From assembly GCA_948616985.1 (NCBI GenBank), contig CAPGDO010000002.1, forward strand, positions 5,965 to 69,964: a stretch of DNA of 64,000 nucleotides, in the 5' to 3' direction. Below the pieces are notes generated by a model. It had not been told where the DNA came from. It made no database searches and worked only from the letters and a program-made list of their open reading frames with translations. This document shows positions 38,273 through 46,763 of this stretch, piece by piece. The position numbers and the translations under genes are program-made. Position 1 is the first letter of the stretch. The number at the start of each line of letters is the position of its first letter. The DNA comes from an uncultured Eggerthellaceae bacterium. GTDB taxonomy: Bacteria; Actinomycetota; Coriobacteriia; Coriobacteriales; Eggerthellaceae.

Positions 38273-39847
38273 CTAGATGGCCAGCTTCCAGAGATTCTTG
38301 TAATCCATGGCCCCTTCGAGCTCCTCCATCACCTCAGGTGTGATGTCTCCCTCGACGTTGATATAGACCAGAGCGCACTTCTCCTCCGGCTTGGTCCCGA
38401 TCTGCATGGTGGTGATATTCACACCCGCTGCACCGAGGATGGAGCCGATGAGCCCGATGCGGCCGGGAGAATCAACGTATTCGAAGATGAGCGAGAGCGA
38501 GGCCGGGGTGATATCTATGCGATACCCGTTGAAGGAGATGACCCGAGGAAGGTTGTCCAAGCCGTAGAGGGTGAACGAGATGTCCATGTCATCTGCTTTG
38601 ATGCGAATGGCTGACTCGTAGCCCTGAGCATCCTTGGAGGCCTCGGTGACCACGTCCATGCCATGCCTGCCGGCCATGGTCATGGCATTCTCCAAGGATA
38701 CGGTGCCGATGGACTTGTAGTCGAGGATACCATCGACCACGCCTGCCACGATGGGCGCTGGATCAGAATCAGAGATATTGCCCTCCAGCCAGACGCTCAC
38801 CTGCTTCGGGATGCCGATGAGGCTCTGGATCATGCGTCCTGCTATCCTCGCTGCAGGGATATACGGGCGCACGCCCCCGATGACCTCCGGTGGGATGCTG
38901 GTGGGATTGATGGCCGTGGGCACGATGGAGCCCTCCAGCGCCGCCCAGATGTATTCGGCTATCTCCGTACCCGCCCGCACCTGGGCCTCGTGGGTGACAG
39001 CGCTGATATGCGGCGTGAGGATGGCGCTGCTGAACTCATGCAAGGGGCTTTCCGTGCAAGGCTCCTCTTCGAAGACGTCGATGCCCACTGAAGCTATCTT
39101 TCCTGCCGCCACGAAATCCGCCAGGGATGCGATGTCGAAGATGCCGCCACGAGCGGGATTCACCAAGATGACGCCGTTCTTCATGGCCGCGAACTGCTCA
39201 GGGCCGAACATGCCATAGGTATCCGGGGTGAGCGGCAGGTGCACGGTGATGAAATCCGCTACCGGGAGGATGTCGTCGATGGAATCCATCAGCGTGACAT
39301 CCAGCTGAGCCGCCCGATCCGGTGAGCAGTACGGGTCATAGGCCACCAGCTCCATGCCGAATGCGCGAGCCCGTTCGGCTACGAGGCTGCCGATGCGACC
39401 CAGACCGAAGATGGCCAAGGTCTTGCCGAAGAGCTCCTGGCCCATGAAGCGATGGCGGGCCCAGGAACCAGAATGCACCGAAGCATTCGCCTGGCAGACA
39501 TTGCGCGCGCAGGCCAGCAAGAGGGCCATGGTGTGCTCTGCCGCAGAGATGATGTTCGAGGTGGGAGCGTTGCATACGACGACCCCACGCTCATTGGCGG
39601 CCTCTATGTCAATGTTATCAACGGTGACACCTGCACGACCGATGACTTTGAGGCGCTTCGCCTGGTCCAGCAGCTCCGGTGTGACATGCGTAGCTGAGCG
39701 CACGATGAGGCCATCGGCGTCCGCCAAGGCCTCCTTGAGCTCAGCCTCGCTCGCATCCAGCAGCTCCACCACCTCATAGCCGCGAGAGCGGAGGATGCTC
39801 AAGCCCTCATCGGCGATCTTCTCCGTGACGAGGACCTTAGATGCCAT
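38273..39847 (-). CDS. serA: D-3-phosphoglycerate dehydrogenase (long form with ASB and ACT domains)
   Basis: 524 aa. GLGRIGSLVAERA NAD fold and a C-terminal ACT-like region. Starts 1 nt after the serC stop. Confidence 0.9.
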   Translation of the reverse strand: MASKVLVTEKIADEGLSILRSRGYEVVELLDASEAELKEALADADGLIVRSATHVTPELLDQAKRLKVIGRAGVTVDNIDIEAANERGVVVCNAPTSNIISAAEHTMALLLACARNVCQANASVHSGSWARHRFMGQELFGKTLAIFGLGRIGSLVAERARAFGMELVAYDPYCSPDRAAQLDVTLMDSIDDILPVADFITVHLPLTPDTYGMFGPEQFAAMKNGVILVNPARGGIFDIASLADFVAAGKIASVGIDVFEEEPCTESPLHEFSSAILTPHISAVTHEAQVRAGTEIAEYIWAALEGSIVPTAINPTSIPPEVIGGVRPYIPAARIAGRMIQSLIGIPKQVSVWLEGNISDSDPAPIVAGVVDGILDYKSIGTVSLENAMTMAGRHGMDVVTEASKDAQGYESAIRIKADDMDISFTLYGLDNLPRVISFNGYRIDITPASLSLIFEYVDSPGRIGLIGSILGAAGVNITTMQIGTKPEEKCALVYINVEGDITPEVMEELEGAMDYKNLWKLAI

Positions 39848-39848
39848 C

Positions 39849-40931
39849 TTAGGAGTTCTCCTTCTCGAACTGAGCCATGAAGCTCACGAGGGCCTCCACG
39901 CCTGCCTTGGGCATGGCGTTATAGATGCTCGCGCGCATGCCGCCTACGCTGCGGTGGCCCTTGATGGATTCGATGTTGTGATTCTTGCATTCCGCGATGA
40001 ACTTGGCATCCAGATCAGCGTCTCCCGTGATGAACGGGACGTTCATGAGAGAGCGGCAGTCCTTGCGTGCGGTGCCCTTGAAGAGCTTGGAGCCATCGAG
40101 GAAGTCATAGAGCAGTGCTGCCTTCTCCTCATTCATCTGCTTCATGACCTCAAGGCCTCCCAGGCCCTTGAGCCACTTGAACACCAATCCGCAGACATAG
40201 ATGCCCCAGCAAGGCGGGGTATTGGAGAGGCTCTTCGCATCCACCTGCGTGAGATAGCGCATGATGGTGGGAGTCTGGGGGTTCACATCCTCCCGGACGA
40301 GGTCTTCTCGCACGATTACGATGACCACGCCTGCCGGTCCCACGTTCTTCTGCACGCCGCCGTAGATGAGGCCGTACTGGGAAACATCCATGGGCTCGGA
40401 GAGGAACATGGAGGAGACATCGGATACGAGGGGGATGCTCCCAGTATCCGGCAACTTGGCGTAGCGCGTGCCGTAGATGGTCTCGTTCTGGCAGATGTAG
40501 ACGTAATCGGCATCGGGGCTGAAGGTGAGGGTATCCACATCCGGTACGTAGGAGTAGTTCTCATCCTCAGAGGAGGCCACCACATTGGCTGTGCCGTAGA
40601 GCTTGGCTTCCTTCGCCGCTTTCTTGGACCAAGAGCCGGAGACGATGTAATCAGCCACTCCGTGCTGCATGAGATTCATGGGAATGGCAGCGAACTGCTG
40701 GGTAGCGCCGCCCTGGAGGAAGAGGACGTGATAGTCATCCGGAATGGCCATGAGGTCGCGGAGGTCCGCCTCAGCATCTTCGATGATCTGGGCGAAGGCG
40801 GCAGAACGATGGCTCATCTCCATCACGGACATGCCGCATCCGTTGTAATCCAACATGCCCGCCTGGGCTTCGCGAAGGACCTCTTCCGGCAATACGGCGG
40901 GACCCGCCGAAAAGTTATAGACACGTGCCAT
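39849..40931 (-). CDS. serC: Phosphoserine aminotransferase
   Basis: ORF 39849..40988. ATG 40931 (MARVYNFSAGPAVLPEEVL) is preceded by AAGGAG. GGVQKNVGPAG contains the PLP-Lys region. Confidence 0.92.
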   Translation of the reverse strand: MARVYNFSAGPAVLPEEVLREAQAGMLDYNGCGMSVMEMSHRSAAFAQIIEDAEADLRDLMAIPDDYHVLFLQGGATQQFAAIPMNLMQHGVADYIVSGSWSKKAAKEAKLYGTANVVASSEDENYSYVPDVDTLTFSPDADYVYICQNETIYGTRYAKLPDTGSIPLVSDVSSMFLSEPMDVSQYGLIYGGVQKNVGPAGVVIVIVREDLVREDVNPQTPTIMRYLTQVDAKSLSNTPPCWGIYVCGLVFKWLKGLGGLEVMKQMNEEKAALLYDFLDGSKLFKGTARKDCRSLMNVPFITGDADLDAKFIAECKNHNIESIKGHRSVGGMRASIYNAMPKAGVEALVSFMAQFEKENS

Positions 40932-41027
40932 CTGCTTACCGCTCCTTTGACCCGGGGTTTCAAGACATTTGCTATTGTATCGTTTCATCCGGTCCTATGA
41001 CGTCCTTGAAGGAGTGCAATAGCCCGT

Positions 41028-42350
41028 ATGCTTGCTGAAAGGTTCCTCACTCGCCTGCTGAAGCCCATGATCCACCGTTCACTCTTATCCAGCCCGACGG
41101 ATGAGACCCACCTTCCGGCCCCCCACCCCGGGGAGCGCTATATGCTCTATCTGCATGTGCCCTTCTGTGAGCGCCTCTGCCCCTATTGCAGCTTCAATCG
41201 CTATCCCTTCCGCGAGGATATCGCCCGCCCCTATTTCGAGAACCTCCGGCGTGAGATGCTGATGCTGAAGTCGTTGGGCTACGATTTCGAGAGCCTCTAC
41301 TTCGGCGGGGGCACCCCCACCGTCATGATCGATGAGCTCTGCGAGACCATAGACCTGGCCCGAGAGACCTTCTCGGTAGAGGAAGTGGGGGTGGAGACGA
41401 ACCCTAATCACCTCATCCCCTCCTATCTAGAGAAGATGAGCGGGCGCATCCAACGGCTCTCCGTAGGAGTGCAGAGCTTCGACGATGGTCTGCTCAAGCA
41501 GATGGATCGCTACGAGAAATACGGCAGCGGCCAGGAGATCTTCGAGCGCATCGGCGAGGCGAATGGCTATTTCGATTCGCTCAATGTGGATATGATCTTC
41601 AACTTCCCCTCTCAGACCGAGGATATCCTCTTCGCCGATCTGGAGCGCATTGCTCAGTGCGGAGCTCGTCAGACCACGTTCTCCCCGCTCTACGTATCCA
41701 ATGCCACCATGAAGAAGATGACGTCCACCTTGGGACAGATGGATTACGGACGTGAGTGGGACTTCTATCGTATCCTTGACGGCGTGCTGGCCGGGGGCGA
41801 CGAGCCGCTCTTTGGCCGGGAGACGGTCTGGACCTTCAACCGATTGGATGAGACCGGTCAGGTGGATGACGCCGTGCGCATCAACGAGTACCAGACCTCC
41901 TACAACGAATACCCCGCTATCGGGTCGGGCTCCATCACGCACCTGGATGGTGCGCTCTACGTGAACGAATTCAGCATCCCGAAGTACAACTCCATGATCC
42001 AGAGCGGACGGATGTCGGTCAAGGAGAAGACCGTCATGTCACGACGGGATCTCATGCGCTATCGGTTCCTCTTGGATCTCTATCGCTTGCGGCTCGACAA
42101 AGAGCGCTTCAAGCGAGAGTTCGGCATGAGCGTGGAGCGAGGGCTTCCCGTGGAGATGACGTTCCTTGCGGCGAATGGCGCGTTCTCGGTGAATGATGAC
42201 CGTGAGGTCCTCCTGACCGAGCGAGGCCGCTATCTGGTACTGGTGATGTACCGTCAGTTCCTTTCCGGCATGAACAACCTGCGTGAACAGGCCCGCAAGC
42301 GCCTCACTGGCTACGAGCGCACCCTCCATTTCGGCGACGGCACCCAATAG
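41028..42350 (+). CDS. Radical SAM protein of the HemN/HemW (oxygen-independent coproporphyrinogen oxidase-like) family
   Basis: 440 aa. CERLCPYCSF (CxxxCxxC) after YLHVPF, GGGTP motif, and a HemN_C-like tail. No other heme genes in the window. Confidence 0.75.
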   Translation: MLAERFLTRLLKPMIHRSLLSSPTDETHLPAPHPGERYMLYLHVPFCERLCPYCSFNRYPFREDIARPYFENLRREMLMLKSLGYDFESLYFGGGTPTVMIDELCETIDLARETFSVEEVGVETNPNHLIPSYLEKMSGRIQRLSVGVQSFDDGLLKQMDRYEKYGSGQEIFERIGEANGYFDSLNVDMIFNFPSQTEDILFADLERIAQCGARQTTFSPLYVSNATMKKMTSTLGQMDYGREWDFYRILDGVLAGGDEPLFGRETVWTFNRLDETGQVDDAVRINEYQTSYNEYPAIGSGSITHLDGALYVNEFSIPKYNSMIQSGRMSVKEKTVMSRRDLMRYRFLLDLYRLRLDKERFKREFGMSVERGLPVEMTFLAANGAFSVNDDREVLLTERGRYLVLVMYRQFLSGMNNLREQARKRLTGYERTLHFGDGTQ

Positions 42351-42397
42351 AGGATCCCGGGTGATCATCGTCGCTCCTGACAGGTGATCGCATGGGA

Positions 42398-42417
42398 GGG
42401 TCGAACGCGTTCGACCC
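42398..42417. terminator. Perfect 20-bp palindrome between convergent genes
   Basis: GGGTCGAACGCGTTCGACCC lies between the radical-SAM stop and the kinase stop. It shares a 12-bp core with the palindrome at 17288..17305. Confidence 0.4.
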
Positions 42418-42456
42418 CTACGGAGGAGCTGCTTTATCCCTTCGCATGAGAGGCTC

Positions 42457-43758
42457 TTAAGCCCGGACAGGGAAGGTGAGAGAGAATGTGGTGAGGCCAT
42501 CGGCGCTGTTCACAGAGATCCGTGCACCCATCTGATCCGCCAGCGCCTGTGCGATGGAGAGCCCCAACCCATGACCATCAGCCATAGCCCGTGCTTCGGG
42601 GCTACGATAGAACCGGTCGAAGATATGAGCCTGCACCTCTGGATCCAAGACCTGTCCTGCATTCGTCACCTCCAGGACCGCCTCTTCGCTCCGCTGAGCG
42701 CTGAGACGAACGCTCACCCGACTTCCCGGCTCCACATACTTGCAGGCATTATCCACGAGCACGCTTGCGATGCGGGTCAAGCCCGCTCCATCCAGCCGCG
42801 ATAGCACTCCTTCTTGGATATCCGTCTCCAGGGAGAAGCCCCGCTCCAATGCACGGGACTCGAAGCTGAGGACGACACCTTCGAGGATGCGCGACGCATC
42901 CACCACTTCCGCTGTCTGCAAGATGCCATCACGCCTCCCATCGCTTCGGGCCCGCTCATCCAAGCTTGCCAAGGAAAGGAGATCCTCCGCAAGATCGGCC
43001 ATGCCATCTGCGGCGCCCTGAGTGCTCTTGAGCCAGTGGACCCGCTCTTCCCAGGGGGCCTCCGGCTCCTCCAAGAGGACTTCGGTATTGGCCTTGATGA
43101 TGGAGAGCGGTGTCTTGAGCTCATGGGATGCGTTGGCGATAAAGCTGCGCTGTTGATCCCAGGCGGCACGGACGGGGCGTAAGGCCCAGCGGGAGAAGAG
43201 GATGCTAGCTACCAGGAAGACGAGGAGCGCAGCGGCGCCCACCCCTGCGAAGATGATGATGAGGCTACGCTGTGACTCCGCCACCGTATCGAAGGCGAAG
43301 GCGACATAGGTGCAGCTGTCTACCGTTCGCTTCAGGAAGCTGAGCCCGAGGGCTGGAATAGAGCTGAAGCCCTTAGGAGCTGCCTCGCACGCCATTCTTG
43401 CCTCCTCAAGCCCCTCCGCATCCAGCAAAGCGCTGGAGCGCGAGGCCAAGGTGAGCGAATCATCTTCCAAGCGATAGACCGCAACAGGCTGATCCATCGG
43501 CTCGGCAGGTGGCTTTCCCAGCTCCGGAGGTTCGAACCACCCCAGGCTGTCTTCAGGGACCCCCTTGTCCCTTCCTGCGGACTCCGGAGCGCTCTCCGCT
43601 TCCACGGTCCTATCGATGGCGGATTCCAACGAGCGGTGCAGATGGTCGGATCCTTCATGGCTGATCCAGACCAGGATGCAGGCGAAGACGGCCAAAAGGA
43701 TGATGGCCACTACCGCCATGATCATGGCAATGAATTTCGTTCGGAGCCGTTGCAGCAT
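42457..43758 (-). CDS. Sensor histidine kinase (two TM helices, ~140-aa extracytoplasmic loop, HisKA plus HATPase)
   Basis: ORF 42457..43776. H-box ASHELKTPLS. N/G-box region (DNACKY, GHGLGLSIA). Start taken at ATG 43758 (MLQRLRTKF); TTG 43776 is an alternative. Confidence 0.9.
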   Translation of the reverse strand: MLQRLRTKFIAMIMAVVAIILLAVFACILVWISHEGSDHLHRSLESAIDRTVEAESAPESAGRDKGVPEDSLGWFEPPELGKPPAEPMDQPVAVYRLEDDSLTLASRSSALLDAEGLEEARMACEAAPKGFSSIPALGLSFLKRTVDSCTYVAFAFDTVAESQRSLIIIFAGVGAAALLVFLVASILFSRWALRPVRAAWDQQRSFIANASHELKTPLSIIKANTEVLLEEPEAPWEERVHWLKSTQGAADGMADLAEDLLSLASLDERARSDGRRDGILQTAEVVDASRILEGVVLSFESRALERGFSLETDIQEGVLSRLDGAGLTRIASVLVDNACKYVEPGSRVSVRLSAQRSEEAVLEVTNAGQVLDPEVQAHIFDRFYRSPEARAMADGHGLGLSIAQALADQMGARISVNSADGLTTFSLTFPVRA

Positions 43759-43772
43759 CCTTCCGCCTTCCC

Positions 43773-44441
43773 TCAAGGAACGAGCCGATATCCTACCCCA
43801 CGCTCTGTTTCGATCCGTACCTCGGAATGCAAGAAGCGCAGCTTCTTGCGCAGGAGGGACACATAGGCATCGATGCTGTGATCCTCCACCGCCACCCCTG
43901 GTTCCCAGGCCCCTTCAGCGATCTGCTTCCGGGTGAGCACGCGGCCGGGGTTCTGGAAGAGCAGGCGCGCCATCAGGTATTCCTGGTCAGAGAGCTGAAT
44001 GGTCTCACCTTCACAGCTGAGGCTATAGGTTGCTCCATCCAGGAGCGTGCCCCCGCGATCGATCCGCTCTACGGGCGCTTCGCCTATCCGACGCGTGAGG
44101 GCCCTCAAGCGCGCCAGCAGCTCCTGAGGGGAGAACGGCTTCGTAAGGTACTGGTCAGCTCCCCCGTCCAGGCCCTCTATCTTATCCGGCAGCGCCCCTA
44201 AGGCTGTCAGCATGAGCACGGGTGTGAGCACCTCAGAAGACCGGAGAGACCGCACCACCTCGAAACCACTGAGACCGGGGAGCATGACGTCCAGGACCAT
44301 GGCATCGTAGAGGGAGCTCTTCCCGTAGTGGAGCCCCGTCACCCCATCGAAGACAGCCTCCACCTCGTAGCCCTCCCGCTCAAGGATATGGACGAGGATA
44401 TCAGACAGCTTCCGATCGTCTTCCACTACGAGGATCCGCAC
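43773..44441 (-). CDS. OmpR/PhoB-family response regulator
   Basis: ORF 43773..44621. GTG 44441 (VRILVVEDD) has GAGAGGAG ~6 nt upstream and gives a canonical ~222 aa protein. Receiver domain (VLDVMLPG, KPF) plus winged-helix (GVGYRL). Confidence 0.9.
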   Translation of the reverse strand: MRILVVEDDRKLSDILVHILEREGYEVEAVFDGVTGLHYGKSSLYDAMVLDVMLPGLSGFEVVRSLRSSEVLTPVLMLTALGALPDKIEGLDGGADQYLTKPFSPQELLARLRALTRRIGEAPVERIDRGGTLLDGATYSLSCEGETIQLSDQEYLMARLLFQNPGRVLTRKQIAEGAWEPGVAVEDHSIDAYVSLLRKKLRFLHSEVRIETERGVGYRLVP

Positions 44442-46014
44442 GGTCTTGCTCCTCTCTTTCCGGTGGCAAGCCCGGGGCCTCGCCGTCCTTCGGTGCTTCA
44501 TGCTCACCCATACTGCCGGGGTCTCCGGGCATGCCCAATGCACCCATGCTTTCCGGACCGCCACCTTGACCGCCAGAGGTGCTGGCGGTGATGGAACCCA
44601 TGACGAGCTCCATTGTCTCATGGCCCACCTGGACCGAGAAGGAGCTGCCCTCCGGTATCTGTGGGCTTGAGGCCAGGATGGTGGAGAATCCGTAGGCAGC
44701 CGTCATGCGGACGAGCTCCACCCCTTCGGCATCCGATAGGATGACCTCCTCCCCCGCTGATCCCGCGGCTTCCCCTACGGTAACGGGTTGCCCTGAGGCA
44801 TCCAACCCGCGAACGCTTCCCACCGAACCCGTCATCAAGACCGTGCCGTCGTTGATCTGGGCTCCAAAGTCATAGTCGAGAGCACCGTCCATGCCGGCAT
44901 CGGGCCCGCTGACGAGCACAACTCCTCCATTGATCTGTACATTGCCATTGCTGTCCAATCCATCATTGGCTCCTGCCAGAACGAGCCTGCCGTCGTTGAT
45001 CTGGATCAAGCAATCGCTGCTAGAAGCAGCCATCTGGTCTTTGCCGAAGGGACCTACATCCCCTCCCGCCTCTCCAGCGTCCTCCTGATCCGATGGGGAG
45101 CCATCTTCGGATAGAGCTGCGTTCACGGCATCATCCGAAGCTGTGATGATGTGTTCGCCTCCATCGATGATGACCTGCTCCCCTTCGTAGCCCTCGGTGC
45201 ACGCCTCTACCGTCACGGAGCCTGCCTGCATGTACATATGACCGTCGCTATGGAAGCCGTCATCCCCGGCATTCACCGTGAAGGCACCCCCTGCCACCTT
45301 GATGCAGTCCTTGCCCTGGAAGGCATCCTCCTTGGCTGTGACCACGAGCTGACCGCCGGTGACGATGAGGTCATCCTTGGAGCAGATGCCATGCTGGTAG
45401 CTTCCGCTCACCACCAAGCTCCCTTCGCCATTGATGGTCAGATCATCCCGGCTGAAGAGGACGGCATCGCGGTTGTCATCCTCTCCTTCCAGGATATAAG
45501 CCGCCCCATCGGACAAGGTGTTGTCCGTCCCCGGAACCAGCGTGATGAAGCATTTGTCGGCATTGTTGATGTACAGGGCGGGACCGTTCTCGTTGTGGAT
45601 GGACGCACCGGCCATCACCACTTGAAGCTTGTCCTCATCGGCTGCATCCACCACCATCTGCCCCTGAGAGAGAGACCCCGAAACAACGTACGTCCCGCTC
45701 TGGCCGAGCGTGACCACGCCCCCTTTAGCTACAGCGCCCGCTCCCTCTATCTGGATGCCCTCATCAGAGAGCATCACCTTCGTAGCCGTCGCTTCATCAT
45801 AGGCAGCATCCTTATCCCGATCGCTGAACTCCAGATCCAGGGTAGAGGTATCGAATATCCCCGTATCCTGGTCTATGGACTGCTGAGGCACCTCCCGCTC
45901 TGGGCTCTCCCGCCCCGATACGCTCAACGGCGCACCTGCACAGCCTCCGAGGCTCAGGGCGAATGCGCTGGCTGCCAAACCAGCAGAAAGGCAGGTCAGC
46001 AAAGGCCTTCTCAT
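44401..46014 (-). CDS. Secreted lipoprotein with a Cthe_2159-like carbohydrate-binding beta-helix domain
   Basis: ORF 44401..46071. ATG 46014 has GAGGAG 5 nt upstream. MRRPLLTCLSAGLAASAFALSLGGCAG is a lipoprotein-type signal with a lipobox Cys. GTYVVSGSLSQGQMVVDAADEDKLQVVMAGASIHNENGPALYINNADKCFITL, followed by repeated beta-helix-like turns, resembles PF14262-type proteins (by eye). Confidence 0.7.
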   Translation of the reverse strand: MRRPLLTCLSAGLAASAFALSLGGCAGAPLSVSGRESPEREVPQQSIDQDTGIFDTSTLDLEFSDRDKDAAYDEATATKVMLSDEGIQIEGAGAVAKGGVVTLGQSGTYVVSGSLSQGQMVVDAADEDKLQVVMAGASIHNENGPALYINNADKCFITLVPGTDNTLSDGAAYILEGEDDNRDAVLFSRDDLTINGEGSLVVSGSYQHGICSKDDLIVTGGQLVVTAKEDAFQGKDCIKVAGGAFTVNAGDDGFHSDGHMYMQAGSVTVEACTEGYEGEQVIIDGGEHIITASDDAVNAALSEDGSPSDQEDAGEAGGDVGPFGKDQMAASSSDCLIQINDGRLVLAGANDGLDSNGNVQINGGVVLVSGPDAGMDGALDYDFGAQINDGTVLMTGSVGSVRGLDASGQPVTVGEAAGSAGEEVILSDAEGVELVRMTAAYGFSTILASSPQIPEGSSFSVQVGHETMELVMGSITASTSGGQGGGPESMGALGMPGDPGSMGEHEAPKDGEAPGLPPEREEQDRADPRSGRRSEAV

Positions 46015-46067
46015 AGGGTCTCCTCTTCTCTCTCGGTTGCGTCTTCTGGTAAGGGCCCCAGGAACGC

Positions 46068-46763
46068 TCACAGGGTCCCCAGGGAAGCGGGGGTCATCGA
46101 AAGGGCCACCTTCAGGTTCCCATTCAAACAGCGCAGTTCGTCCATCATCGGCTTCTCTTCGCCCTTCCGCCTCAAACGCAGGCGGTATTGCAGCTGATAG
46201 AGGCTGCCCATGTTGGTGGTGCGGATCTCCATCAGCTCATAGGTAGCGGCATACCGGCTGAGCACTTCATCGAAGAGCCCGTCGAAGGCGAGGTCCTCAG
46301 GGATGGATACCGTGAGCGTCTTCGTGGGTTCCGCCTGCTTTCCGAACGGCGAGAATGCATAGGCTATGTTCGCCAGGCACACGATAGCGGTGAACAGCAC
46401 TGCTAAGGTGAGGAATCCCATCCCGGTCGCAAGACCGATGGCCATGGCGAAGAAGACGCTGCCGATATCCTTAGCGCTCCCCGGAATGGAGCGGAAGCGC
46501 ACGAGATTGAAGACGCCCATGACAGCAATGCCCGCTCCGAGGTTCCCATTCACGAGCGTGATGACCGCTTGCACGATGAGGGGCAGGAGCGCCAAGGTGA
46601 CCACGAAGCTCTTGGAGTGGTCATGGCGGATCATGTAGACCCCCGCTGCGACGAGCCCCAAGACGAGAGAGGACACGCAGCAGAGGAGGAACTCAGCGCT
46701 GGTCACACCGGCTACCAGCGAATCTGCAGTGCCATAGACGGAAGTGAAGGTCCCCTCAAGCAC
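46068..46763 (-). CDS. DUF4956-family multi-pass membrane protein
   Basis: ORF 46068..46868. GTG 46763 has AAGGAGG 6 nt upstream and overlaps the VTC stop by 8 nt. About 5 TM helices, a NLVRFRS motif region, and a ~90-aa soluble C-terminal domain. Confidence 0.7.
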   Translation of the reverse strand: MLEGTFTSVYGTADSLVAGVTSAEFLLCCVSSLVLGLVAAGVYMIRHDHSKSFVVTLALLPLIVQAVITLVNGNLGAGIAVMGVFNLVRFRSIPGSAKDIGSVFFAMAIGLATGMGFLTLAVLFTAIVCLANIAYAFSPFGKQAEPTKTLTVSIPEDLAFDGLFDEVLSRYAATYELMEIRTTNMGSLYQLQYRLRLRRKGEEKPMMDELRCLNGNLKVALSMTPASLGTL

